The position numbers and the translations under genes are program-made. A DNA stretch of 29,299 bases from an uncultured virus (IMG/VR IMGVR_UViG_3300029931_000005). Its lineage: Duplodnaviria; Heunggongvirae; Uroviricota; Caudoviricetes. The stretch is from the IMG/VR virus record IMGVR_UViG_3300029931_000005; one strand, written 5' to 3'. This document shows positions 1 to 8,993 of this stretch, one piece after another. Under the pieces are notes generated by a model. The model made no database searches. It was not told the DNA's origin and worked only from the letters and a program-made list of their open reading frames with translations. Numbering within the stretch: position 1 is the stretch's first letter; each line of letters opens with the position of its first letter.

Positions 1-748
1 TGTCTAACTGACGCTGGCCAGCCGGGTCTTTCTGCCCAACGGTCCAAAGCTCCAGGTTTGATTCCCTGTTATCATTTCGTACGCCATTTCGGTGGTGAAT
101 CCGCTCGTGTGGTTCAAGGGCGCGGCCAAGCTTTTGAGCCATGACATAGCGGTGCTCAAACATCCACCCTTTTGCGTCAGCCCCAGGGTGGCCTTTGCCA
201 ACCTTGACCTTGGCGTAACCGCTGTTTGTTTCCCGCCGTGCACCAAGTGGTATCGAGCGGCATTCACTTGAACAAAAGCGGCGATACCGATCGCTGGTGC
301 GAGGAATTTCTTTGCCACATCGTTCGCAGAGCGACGACATCGGCCCCTTTCTGCGCAACATGCCCGCGCACTCTCGACCACATGTGAGCTTGTGGCGATG
401 TCTGCCATAATCGAACTCTTTTTGACAAACCGGGCACGTCCGAGTTCGCGAGTTCCCCCTATCTTTCTTGTAGCACTCGCGACTGCACCGCAAGTGACCA
501 TCGCGCGCAGGCTTAAATGGCTTCCCGCAAACAATGCATGGCCGCTTACGCCTACCTGGAAGAGCCCTGCCAGCGTTAGCGCAGTCACGAGAGCAGTATT
601 GCCCAGTGGTGCCGGACTTCTTTTGGAAACCCTTTCCACAGTGCTTACACTTGGCCTCGCCGATATACCGAGAGTGATCAACGCAATATTTCTGACGGTT
701 GCTACCTGCATCAAATTCCTTCCCGCAAACAACGCATTTTTTCTTCAT
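1..748 (-). CDS. HNH endonuclease with five N-terminal CxxC zinc-ribbon repeats (3' end outside the window)
   Basis: Not in the ORF track because it has no stop. Hand translation from ATG 748 (GGGAG SD upstream) stays open to the edge: MKKKCVVCGKEF...CKHCGKGF...CIVCGKPF...CPVCQKEF...CERCGKEI...EHRYVMAQKLGRALEPHERIHHRNGVRNDNRESNLELW, a typical HNH_3-type motif. Confidence 0.9.
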   Translation of the reverse strand, partial: MKKKCVVCGKEFDAGSNRQKYCVDHSRYIGEAKCKHCGKGFQKKSGTTGQYCSRDCANAGRALPGRRKRPCIVCGKPFKPARDGHLRCSRECYKKDRGNSRTRTCPVCQKEFDYGRHRHKLTCGRECAGMLRRKGPMSSLCERCGKEIPRTSDRYRRFCSSECRSIPLGARRETNSGYAKVKVGKGHPGADAKGWMFEHRYVMAQKLGRALEPHERIHHRNGVRNDNRESNLELWTVGQKDPAGQRQLD

Positions 749-762
749 GGCACAACTCCCTT

Positions 763-792
763 TAGAACAAATTTTCTACGGGAATTATACCA
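763..792 (-). promoter_or_regulatory. Extended -10 promoter with an overlapping LexA/SOS-box-like operator upstream of the HNH gene
   Basis: Minus strand reads TGGTATAAT (792-784). TAGAAC-AAAT-TTTCTA at 763-778 is one mismatch from AGAAC-N4-GTTCT and covers the predicted start site. The gap is AT-rich. Confidence 0.6.
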
Positions 793-815
793 TTTCTAAT
801 ATTGATTAACTATCT

Positions 816-1223
816 TTATAGCCTGAATATTTTGTTACTACCGTCACTCCATTGGCAAACTATATCCCCACCATTTGGCGTAACGGGGAGATTTGTGGCG
901 GCGTCTATATTGAATATCAGACGGCTGGTAGCCTCCGTGCCGGTGTCCTGGTAGCAATCAATGGATTCGGCCTGGTCGCCAGTTACGGCCGTAAATGTCA
1001 CGTTGGCCGCATCCGCCACTCCAGCGGCGACGGTCTTGGAACCCAGGTTGCTAGACGTGGCCACACGCGAGCCAGCGGCTCGGTCGGCCAGGTCCTGGTC
1101 GCTGGCCAGGTTGATGGTGTCATCCGCTTCATCGATCAGGACGAGCTTGATGTTGTCGCCATCCCAATCAATGTCGCCCGCTAAAAAGCCTTCTCGGCCA
1201 TAGTCATACAGGGAGTCTGCCAT
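816..1223 (-). CDS. Small virion structural protein (minor tail / fibre-associated)
   Basis: MADSLYDYGREGFLAGDIDWDGDNIKLVLID...LPVTPNGGDI..W...IFRL resembles a small phage protein I recall beside EAFG-repeat fibre genes; AAGGAG SD. Confidence 0.7.
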   Translation of the reverse strand: MADSLYDYGREGFLAGDIDWDGDNIKLVLIDEADDTINLASDQDLADRAAGSRVATSSNLGSKTVAAGVADAANVTFTAVTGDQAESIDCYQDTGTEATSRLIFNIDAATNLPVTPNGGDIVCQWSDGSNKIFRL

Positions 1224-1235
1224 AAGGTTCTCCTT

Positions 1236-1595
1236 CTACGAGACGGTCTTTGATTTCTTGAGGCGAATGCGCCCCTCAAACACCACCTCCGGTTTGCCAG
1301 ATAATGTCACTCGGCACTCATGGTAATAGCGCCCCGGCAACAGGTCGTTGGTGTCGGCTGCATCCAGCGTGATTTGCACGGCATCATTTGTGCCATCTTC
1401 ACTAACCAGCACGACCCCATCCCCCACGCTCTTTTCGATGACCGCCGACCCCGCCCCTTTCGACGTAAATACCCCGTAATAAATGGTGGCCCCGGTCATG
1501 TTTAATGGCTGTCCGGTGATGCTATCGGTCACTGGAGCGGTAATAATCTTGGCCGTCCCCTGCATCATTTCCAGGTCTTGATTTTTCTTTGTCAT
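1236..1595 (-). CDS. BppU N-terminal-like baseplate/fibre adaptor
   Basis: PLNMTGATI...VQITLDAADTNDLLPGRYYHECRVT pattern; ATGA overlap with the upstream gene. Confidence 0.6.
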   Translation of the reverse strand: MTKKNQDLEMMQGTAKIITAPVTDSITGQPLNMTGATIYYGVFTSKGAGSAVIEKSVGDGVVLVSEDGTNDAVQITLDAADTNDLLPGRYYHECRVTLSGKPEVVFEGRIRLKKSKTVS

Positions 1596-3610
1596 ATCTG
1601 CCCCTCTAGATTCTTGTCTAATGCGTATTCACCAAGCAGCCTGACGTTTAGGTCATAAATCCCCACCAGCGCCACGCGACCGGCAGCAGTCACAGTCAGC
1701 ACCATGACGGCCGTACCAAAAGCCTCGGCGCTGGCAATGCCTGCTGGCACAATAAACACAGCGTTATTGTTTATTTCCGTCGCCCCAAACACCTCGCTGC
1801 TGGCTATCCCGGCGGCAACCAGCGAAATGATGGTTTGAATATCGGCAGACCCGAACGCCTCGCCGCTGGGCATGCTGCTGGTCCCCAAGGTGATCCCTGT
1901 GTTTATAACGGCCGTACCAAACGCTTCCAGGGAATCAACGCTAACAGGCAAGAGGATAAGCGCGCCAGAGTCAACCGAGGCCGCGCCAAACGCCTCGCCA
2001 CTGGCAATGCTGTTGACCACCAGGGAGACGAGGGCCTGAATGTTGGTCGCCCCAAAGGCCTCGGAGCTGGGGATACTGCTGGCTGCCAGGGAAAGCAGAG
2101 AATTAAGCTGAGCAGTGCCAAACGCTTCGCCGCTGGCAATGTCGCCCGCCTCAATAAACACCTGTCCCTGGCTCACAGCGGCCGAGCCAAACACCGTGGC
2201 GCTGGCTATCCCGGCGGGCAGCAGCACCACCGCGCCGGGCAAAACAACGGCCGTTTCAAACGCCTCCTGGCTGGCGATTCCATTGGCTACCAGGGTGATA
2301 GAAAACCGCATCTCCGCCGCCCCAAAAGCTTCCTGGCTGCTAATTCCAGCAGGTAACAGGGAAACACTCCCAACGGTCATCAAAGCCGCCCCAAAAGCCT
2401 CCTGTGGGGCAATGCTGGCCGCAGAAAGGGTCAGATTGCCAGTATCAATTACGGCCGTTTCAAATGCCTCCTGGCTGGCCACCCCGCTGGGCAGCAGCGA
2501 GACGAAAGCCTGTAAAACGGCCGTGCCAAATGCTTCCAGGCTGGCAATTCCAGGGGGCAGCAAAACAACAGCGCCGGGGGCAACAACGGCCGTTTCAAAG
2601 GCTTCTAGACTGGCAACGCTGGTGGGGAGAATGGTTATTGCCCCGGAATCTACGAGGGCTGCACCAAATGCCTCCTGGCTGGCCACCCCGCTGGGCAGCA
2701 GCGAGATCAGGGATTGCAGCACGGCCGTGTCAAACGCCTCGCCACTGGCAAGGCTGCTCGTCACCAGAGAAATAGTGGCCTGCAAGGTCGCCCCTCCAAA
2801 GGCTTCCTGCGGGCTAATGCTGGTGACGACAAGGGTCAGGCTGCCAACCTGCACAACGGCCGTTTCAAACGCTTCCAGGCTGGCAATGCCGCTGGGCTGG
2901 ATGGCGATCGCGCCTTGATCAACAACGGCCGTTTCAAAGGCCTCCAGACTGGTAACCCCGCTAGGCTGGACGGTCACCGCTCCGGGTGCTACCGCGTGAC
3001 TGCTAAAGCTCTCTGCGCTATCAATGCTGCTGGCTACCAGGGTTTGAGGGCCTGCTAAACCGCCACCGCCAAAGTCGTCGACTGCACCGCTGGACATACC
3101 AAGCCCAAGATAGCCAGCGGTGGTGTAGGTGCTGTCGGTTCGACTGCCGAGACTGGTCCAGCCAGAACCGGTATCAACATAGGCCGTTAGCGTGCCGGCC
3201 ACAATCTCCAACCCGAATTTGTTCCCGGCGACCAGCTCCTGGCTAAAATTGGCACCCAGGACGGTTTCCACCCCATCATCAAATCGCACAATTTGCAACG
3301 TATCAGTGCCACTCACCTTGTTAAACTTAAGCGCATATCCATCAAACGAACTGCCGGAGATGTCCCCCAGCAGGGCACACACATACATGCTGCGATTGCT
3401 GGACGGCACAGTGGCAATCGTGGTGTACACCTCGCAATCGGCAACGGCGAGAATGGTCGCGTAGTAGCTGATATTCAGTCCAACGGCATTGGCCACGGCC
3501 GTGTTGGATGAAACTCTCAACCCACCCGCGAGATCGGCCCAGCCAGTCATCGGCGGGCCCTCGTTTGATCTGTTGAGGTTGTCGATTATCCCGTTTACAG
3601 GAAAGGCCAT
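1592..3610 (-). CDS. Fibre-like structural protein: N-terminal lectin-like domain plus 20 repeats of 22-23 aa
   Basis: Repeat consensus LLPSGIASxEAF(G/E)TAVV; located in the tail-tip module. Confidence 0.75.
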   Translation of the reverse strand: MAFPVNGIIDNLNRSNEGPPMTGWADLAGGLRVSSNTAVANAVGLNISYYATILAVADCEVYTTIATVPSSNRSMYVCALLGDISGSSFDGYALKFNKVSGTDTLQIVRFDDGVETVLGANFSQELVAGNKFGLEIVAGTLTAYVDTGSGWTSLGSRTDSTYTTAGYLGLGMSSGAVDDFGGGGLAGPQTLVASSIDSAESFSSHAVAPGAVTVQPSGVTSLEAFETAVVDQGAIAIQPSGIASLEAFETAVVQVGSLTLVVTSISPQEAFGGATLQATISLVTSSLASGEAFDTAVLQSLISLLPSGVASQEAFGAALVDSGAITILPTSVASLEAFETAVVAPGAVVLLPPGIASLEAFGTAVLQAFVSLLPSGVASQEAFETAVIDTGNLTLSAASIAPQEAFGAALMTVGSVSLLPAGISSQEAFGAAEMRFSITLVANGIASQEAFETAVVLPGAVVLLPAGIASATVFGSAAVSQGQVFIEAGDIASGEAFGTAQLNSLLSLAASSIPSSEAFGATNIQALVSLVVNSIASGEAFGAASVDSGALILLPVSVDSLEAFGTAVINTGITLGTSSMPSGEAFGSADIQTIISLVAAGIASSEVFGATEINNNAVFIVPAGIASAEAFGTAVMVLTVTAAGRVALVGIYDLNVRLLGEYALDKNLEGQI
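1695..3045 (-). repeat. Degenerate coding tandem repeat, 66-69 bp unit, about 20 copies
   Basis: Recurring AAACGCCTC/CTGGCTGGC/ACGGCCGTTTCAAA blocks on the + strand match the EAF repeats. Confidence 0.85.
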
Positions 3611-4588
3611 TTAGTCACCTGTCTGGCAAACCACATATGGACCATCTACTACCAGCAAGCCTAGGCACACCAGCTCGTAGGCACCTGGCGTCAGTATCAA
3701 AGGCAAATAAACGGTCGTCGGTGTGGCCGTAGCGGTTTCTGTCGGTGTGGCGGTGGGGGTGCTGGTATCAGTTGGCGCTGGTGTGTCTGTAGGAATGGGG
3801 GTGTCTGTAGGCGCAGGGGTATCGGTTGGCGTCAGCGTTGGTGTTGAAGTGGGTGTCTCCGTTGCTGTAGGAGTTTCGGTGGGAGTGGCAGTTGGCGCTG
3901 GTTGGAAAGTGGCGTCCAGCCGATGAACAACCCACTTCTGCCCCAGCTGCTGCACCCAAATGCTGGTTAGCTCCAGGCGCAAAAACGGCGCATAATCCAC
4001 CACGGCCGTGCCACACAGCAGCGGGTACTTCCACATGCCGCATACTTCGGTGCTGGGCCATTTGACCAGGGTAGCCACTGGCTGCCAGTTCGCCCCGTCC
4101 TCGCTGGCTTCAATAACGGCCGTAAAGCTGGTCCCGCCTACCGAAACCAACTCAACCATAAAATCAAGGGTAATCTGTGCCCCGGCTGGTATGCCCAGCG
4201 CAGCCAGATCGTACGTTTGCCACATATGCGCGGGTACGCCAGGGTAGCCAAAGCCCTCGTTGCTTACCGGGCCATTTTTGAACATAGCTCCGCCGCCACC
4301 GGGGTTTATGGGGTGACTATTCTTGCTGCCACATTTGGACAGAGACACGTGCTCATCGAGTTCCCATTCGGCAGCGTTAGTTGGCTCATTGTCGGGATAG
4401 TGGGTCATGGGACAGGTGTCGTTGTTGACACCCATGGCGAACCCATTTCGGATGAGGGAAAGCGTTACGGCCGCTTCTGGCTCAGCGCTGGTCGTCGGCT
4501 GGGAGGTAGCAACAACGGCCGCGAAAATCGGCAGCAGCAACAAAACACCAAATCTAAGTCTGTGAACAAGTTGGGAATATGTAACCAT
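3611..4588 (-). CDS. Secreted or surface protein with signal peptide, Pro/Thr linker and VYLPLI motif (moron-like)
   Basis: Basic then hydrophobic N-terminus ([19 protein letters not shown]), Cys-containing beta domain, PTxT repeats at ~3715-3900, then TVYLPLI. Confidence 0.75.
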   Translation of the reverse strand: MVTYSQLVHRLRFGVLLLLPIFAAVVATSQPTTSAEPEAAVTLSLIRNGFAMGVNNDTCPMTHYPDNEPTNAAEWELDEHVSLSKCGSKNSHPINPGGGGAMFKNGPVSNEGFGYPGVPAHMWQTYDLAALGIPAGAQITLDFMVELVSVGGTSFTAVIEASEDGANWQPVATLVKWPSTEVCGMWKYPLLCGTAVVDYAPFLRLELTSIWVQQLGQKWVVHRLDATFQPAPTATPTETPTATETPTSTPTLTPTDTPAPTDTPIPTDTPAPTDTSTPTATPTETATATPTTVYLPLILTPGAYELVCLGLLVVDGPYVVCQTGD

Positions 4589-4628
4589 GCTGGCATAGTA
4601 GACCTACGCCAGCATGGGGTTGTTGGCA
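4589..4628 (-). promoter_or_regulatory. Conserved phage promoter-like element, copy 1 (leaderless)
   Basis: TGCCAACAACCC-N16-TACTAT-N6-ATG(4588), with no SD. Confidence 0.75.
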
Positions 4629-5420
4629 CTAGAAGAAAGCGCCCTTGGTATGCTCGAAGAAGTTGCGAAAAAGCGTCTCGTTGCTGGTGCTATTCATGAT
4701 GGCCACCATGGCGCAGTTACCGCTTGCGAACGAGCTGCCGCCATGAAGTGCGCCTATCGTTACACCGACGGCCGTGGGATTATTGATCGATGCCGGAATG
4801 CTTGTTGTGTTTTGGCCAGAGCTCCAGCCGTCGCGTGTGCCCAGGAACACCTGGACAAATGTGCCTGGCGAGTAGTTACCAGCACAACAAACCCATTCAC
4901 CAGCTGGGGCCGGCGTCGTAGCATTTGTGGCAGTTGTGCCATTGCAAACAGTCAGGTTTAAGTTATCACTGGAACCAATCGTGAACAACCAAGCCATGTT
5001 GGCAGAGCCGCTAAGGGAGCTGGTTTTTGAAATGAGAGGGAATTGCGTACCAGCGGTTGATTTGTAGAACCAACCTATTACGCTCAGCGATCCCGTGATT
5101 TCCAGCCCGGCCTCGCTGGCCCGTGACAGATAAGTGCTAGAACCGTCGAGAGTAAGATAGCGCAGCAGGTTATTGGTGTGCTGCTGAAAGGCAACAGTTC
5201 CATTCGTAGACATGTGCCGGGCTTGGCCTGTTAGATCATAAATGAATCCAGGTGCCCACTGATTCATTAACCATACTCCGCGCAGGTTGGGAAAAAGCAG
5301 CGGTATGGTGCGCATGGCCATCCACGCCTCAACCACCTGATTCGGCCGCCTGATCTGAGTCCTAAGCTGCGCTACCTCGCGCTCCAGGCGTTGTATGGTT
5401 TGCATCATATCGCCGCTCAT
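4629..5420 (-). CDS. LamG/concanavalin A-like tail-tip protein with N-terminal coiled coil
   Basis: Start moved to ATG 5420 (ATGA overlap with the Tal stop). IQRLEREVAQLR coil, then LTLDGSSTYLS...LEITGSLSVIGW LamG-like pattern. Confidence 0.7.
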   Translation of the reverse strand: MSGDMMQTIQRLEREVAQLRTQIRRPNQVVEAWMAMRTIPLLFPNLRGVWLMNQWAPGFIYDLTGQARHMSTNGTVAFQQHTNNLLRYLTLDGSSTYLSRASEAGLEITGSLSVIGWFYKSTAGTQFPLISKTSSLSGSANMAWLFTIGSSDNLNLTVCNGTTATNATTPAPAGEWVCCAGNYSPGTFVQVFLGTRDGWSSGQNTTSIPASINNPTAVGVTIGALHGGSSFASGNCAMVAIMNSTSNETLFRNFFEHTKGAFF

Positions 5421-6526
5421 AGAATTCCCTCCACACGTGCGGATGCTGTCTCCAATCCCCCGCCACTGACAGACACACGAATCATGCGGATGATGGCCGT
5501 AATTTGCTGGCCCAGGTGGCTTATGGTGATTTTGTCGCCCAGCCACCAGCCATTACCGCCTAAAGGTGTCAGGGGTGTGGGTATCAGGTCGGCCGTAAAG
5601 CGCAGTTGCGCCCGTTTGGCGATTACCTCTGCCGCGGCCGCATCTTGCACCTTGGCCACCGTATTAGCCTGGCTGGCCGCCACATACCCTTCGCGCCGGT
5701 TCCACCGGCTGGCGGCAACGGCCGTGGCGTCACTGGCTGACTGCACATTTTGCAAAACCCCCTCACCCTCGCCTCCGGCGTAGACAAAGTTGATCTCGCT
5801 ATCGCGCAGTGTTTCCATCGTGGCATTAGTGATGTTGCCAAACTGGCTGCCAAAATAAAGCGGGTTATTTCCGTCGAATGAGCGGTCGTTGCCCGGCTGG
5901 CCGGTGCGTGTCTCGAAAATGAATGTATCGGGGGTAGCAGCCCGCATTCTCCAGAATACCTCAGCTCCTCCCCCTCGCGTTGTTTGCTGAATTTGCTGGA
6001 ATACGGCAAGTAGATTCTCGAATGCAGCGGCAATTTCGATGTCCGGCCCAGCGGACAGATCGCCCTGGACAGAAACCCCAAGTGCGCTCATGTCGCGTCC
6101 GGCCTCGGTGGCCAGGCTGCCCAGATTCTCGCGGGCATACGCTTTCATTACGTCATCGGCTGGGCCATCTTTGATACTGTAGTTAGTCCGGTCGAAGTAG
6201 GCGACGATGCGCCGCTTGATGAGTTCGTTGGGATCGCCACCAGACAGCCGCGTGGTGGCCAGACCAGAGGCTTCCATAGAATTTCCCCAGCGCCGGATAA
6301 ATCCAATAGCCACCAGCTGCAAGCTGGCCCCATCGGGGGCACGATAGATGTGAATGCGGTTATCCACCTGAGGATTGTTGTAAATACGGCCGTTGTCATA
6401 AGGCATTGGGACGTTAATCCAACCCACGTCACCATCCACCAGGGTGTAGTCAAATCCCTGAGTGGTGTTTAGCAGCTCCAGGTGGTTGCCTGCGTCGTCG
6501 GTGTACCAGATTTCGTAGCGGGGCAT
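5417..6526 (-). CDS. Tail tip/hub protein (Tal, siphovirus Gp37-like)
   Basis: Follows Dit; NFVYAGGEGEG...RWNRREGYV...WWLGDKITI motifs; AAGGAG SD. Confidence 0.75.
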   Translation of the reverse strand: MPRYEIWYTDDAGNHLELLNTTQGFDYTLVDGDVGWINVPMPYDNGRIYNNPQVDNRIHIYRAPDGASLQLVAIGFIRRWGNSMEASGLATTRLSGGDPNELIKRRIVAYFDRTNYSIKDGPADDVMKAYARENLGSLATEAGRDMSALGVSVQGDLSAGPDIEIAAAFENLLAVFQQIQQTTRGGGAEVFWRMRAATPDTFIFETRTGQPGNDRSFDGNNPLYFGSQFGNITNATMETLRDSEINFVYAGGEGEGVLQNVQSASDATAVAASRWNRREGYVAASQANTVAKVQDAAAAEVIAKRAQLRFTADLIPTPLTPLGGNGWWLGDKITISHLGQQITAIIRMIRVSVSGGGLETASARVEGIL

Positions 6527-6536
6527 TGTGGCTCCT

Positions 6537-8978
6537 TTAGTCGTAACTGGAGTACGTGTTGCGCCATTTCATGGTGGCGGTAATAGTGGGCGATCCGGCG
6601 TCAAGCACAAGGCACGCTATAGTGTTTACTTGTGGGCCAGCCGCATTGCCCGGCGCTACAAAAAACATGGAGATGTCGCTATTGGGCAGTATCGCCCGGG
6701 GCACCTTTCCAAATTGAGAACTAAGGGCGCTTAGAGATGACGGCCGTAGATCGATTGTTATGGTCTCGCCGTCAATCAATGAGTAATCAAAGTACAGCTT
6801 TGCGCCCGTGGTTAGATTGGTCAAAGAAACGAGACGGGCCGATGTGCCCCCGGATCGCTTTATTGAGATTGTAGGACAAGCGAGTTCTGTGCCCTCGTAA
6901 GACACCGAGGTGTTTGCCGGATAAAAACCTGTGCCCTCGGAATTGAAGCTTACATACAGATGGCCACTCAAATTGGCAACGGTGACCTCGAATGGGGTAG
7001 CCAGAGGTGGGTCAGGCAGCGAAATCTCTGCTGGCGACCAGGAGCTGCCGTTCCATATTGCCAACCCTTTCAGGTTGCTCAGACCTCCTATCTCGGTGAA
7101 CTCGCCACCTGCGTACAATTGGTTGTCTATGTAGACCAACGACTGAACGCTACCATCTGAATCCCCGATGGTTGTCCATATAGCTCCGTTCCACTGAAGC
7201 ACAACTCCAGCCCCGCCAGCCGCAAAAATCTTGTCGCCAGATGGATCGCTGGTTATCGACGTAACGAGCGTAATTGCCCCACCAAACGATCCCATTGCTT
7301 CCCAAGCACCACTGTCCGGATTCCACTTGGCAATTCTGTCCACGGACGTTGCGCCATCAGCCTGCGTAAAGACACCTCCTGCGTAAATCTCCCCTTTTAC
7401 CGTGATGTGTATGGCTCGCGCGGTGCCATTAAATCCAGTACCAAGTGTGCTCCACGAACTTCCATTCCACACGGCTATACGATTAGCCGATGATCCACCT
7501 GCCGTTGTAAATCCGCCTACCACGTAAATCCGGCCATCAATGCCAACAGCGACATCCTCACTAATGCCATTTAAGCCCGTGCCCAGCGCGCTCCAACTGC
7601 TGCCATTCCACACTGCTATACGGTTGGCAGCAACATCCATGTTGGTGAATTGACCGACTGCATACAGTCGGCCGTCTGCGGCGACTGCTAAACCGTTAAC
7701 TGTGTTGTTTTTCGTACCAGATCCCAGATTAGACCAAGCCTTCGTGACCTTATTCATTCTGGCTATCCAGTCAGAATTAGCGTTGCCGCTGACATCAGTA
7801 AAGCCTCCACCGATGTACACATAGGTATCATCCTCTGCAAAGGCATAAGCGCGAGGATCGGCCCCACCCACGGAGGAGGGTGGGCCCAACGTGTCCCATT
7901 GGCCATCAATTAAGGCCGCAACCATGCGAAACGTAGACGACGCGCTGGGAGTCAGGGTAACCCCGCGCTCCCCCACGTCGTACCACGCTGGGTCAGGTGC
8001 ATAGAACTGCAAGCCGTCAATCCGCTCACCCACAGTGCCGATCCGGTCTTTCACCCCCAGGCCAGCCACGTAATACACACCAATGCGCTTCTCTACGGCC
8101 GCACCGTGGTAATAAAGCTGGCGAGGTTGTGGCTTCTGGTCAATGCGGCCCACCCGGCTGTTCAGCGCCTTGGCCAGGGCCTGCCGCTTGGCATGTAGAC
8201 CTGGTGTGGTTTCACCATCAAAGCCGCCGCGCAGCAGCAGGTTGCTGCGCGATTGCACATTGATGCCCTGAAAGTTGTCGCCGGGCAGCAGTGGCTGCGG
8301 ATGGAAGAGCATTTGCAGTGGGAACACCCCGGTTCCTTCATCTGCGCCTGTCAGAAAGTTGAAGTCGGTATCTAAATTCATCAAACGGCCGCCGCTTGCC
8401 TCAAATTCATCTCTGGAGCTGCTGGATGCGTGGGGCGTGCCCGACCAGGCACAGCCCGGCTGGTCACCATCACAGTAAGTCGTCGGGTATGCCTTAGCTT
8501 CAATTTGGAGACAGTCCAGGTAAACAGCTCGACCTGCGCTCGGTGCGCCTGTCGTTTGCAGGAGGATGGTGCCCGTAGCGTCGGCGCTGGTGGCCAGTCT
8601 GATCTCTAGCTCTACCCATTTTCCTGTTTCGCCAATGGCGCTGTCCCACTCGCGCACCTGGGTTACCGTGGCACTGGTAAATCCAGAAGCGTTCAATCGG
8701 ATATCGTCGCCATTCCAATCTGCAGGCACATACAGACGAGCGGTGATGGTATAGGTTGTGCCCGTGTTCAAGCCGCTGCTTATGGTGAGTGTGGCCAGGG
8801 TGGTGTTATTCTGGTAGGTGCAAAGCAAGCTGTACACCCCGGCAAACTGCTGGGCGGCACTTCGCGCAATCGTGTTGGAGCCACTGGCTGACCACCCAGT
8901 AGTCGCCAGTTCAAACGACGGGTTTGTGCATAAATTTACGGTTGCTTCGGGTACGATGAGGCTCCAATTTTGGCCCAT
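6537..8978 (-). CDS. Evolved distal tail protein (Dit) with N-terminal carbohydrate-binding module and inserted beta-propeller
   Basis: Directly after the tape measure; NLCTNPSFE CBM-like start, FYAPDPAWY Dit motif, repeated GGxFT...RIAVWNGSSWSxLGTG blades. Confidence 0.75.
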   Translation of the reverse strand: MGQNWSLIVPEATVNLCTNPSFELATTGWSASGSNTIARSAAQQFAGVYSLLCTYQNNTTLATLTISSGLNTGTTYTITARLYVPADWNGDDIRLNASGFTSATVTQVREWDSAIGETGKWVELEIRLATSADATGTILLQTTGAPSAGRAVYLDCLQIEAKAYPTTYCDGDQPGCAWSGTPHASSSSRDEFEASGGRLMNLDTDFNFLTGADEGTGVFPLQMLFHPQPLLPGDNFQGINVQSRSNLLLRGGFDGETTPGLHAKRQALAKALNSRVGRIDQKPQPRQLYYHGAAVEKRIGVYYVAGLGVKDRIGTVGERIDGLQFYAPDPAWYDVGERGVTLTPSASSTFRMVAALIDGQWDTLGPPSSVGGADPRAYAFAEDDTYVYIGGGFTDVSGNANSDWIARMNKVTKAWSNLGSGTKNNTVNGLAVAADGRLYAVGQFTNMDVAANRIAVWNGSSWSALGTGLNGISEDVAVGIDGRIYVVGGFTTAGGSSANRIAVWNGSSWSTLGTGFNGTARAIHITVKGEIYAGGVFTQADGATSVDRIAKWNPDSGAWEAMGSFGGAITLVTSITSDPSGDKIFAAGGAGVVLQWNGAIWTTIGDSDGSVQSLVYIDNQLYAGGEFTEIGGLSNLKGLAIWNGSSWSPAEISLPDPPLATPFEVTVANLSGHLYVSFNSEGTGFYPANTSVSYEGTELACPTISIKRSGGTSARLVSLTNLTTGAKLYFDYSLIDGETITIDLRPSSLSALSSQFGKVPRAILPNSDISMFFVAPGNAAGPQVNTIACLVLDAGSPTITATMKWRNTYSSYD

Positions 8979-8993
8979 GTTAATCCTCCTACA

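Noticed and set aside
4..799. ORF-track entries 4..732 (-) and 392..799 (+)
   Set aside because: They are shadows of the real HNH gene, which lies in another minus-strand frame.
1695..3045. Possible CRISPR array from the ~66-69 bp periodicity
   Set aside because: Repeats are degenerate, in-frame and coding, with no repeat-spacer structure and no cas genes.
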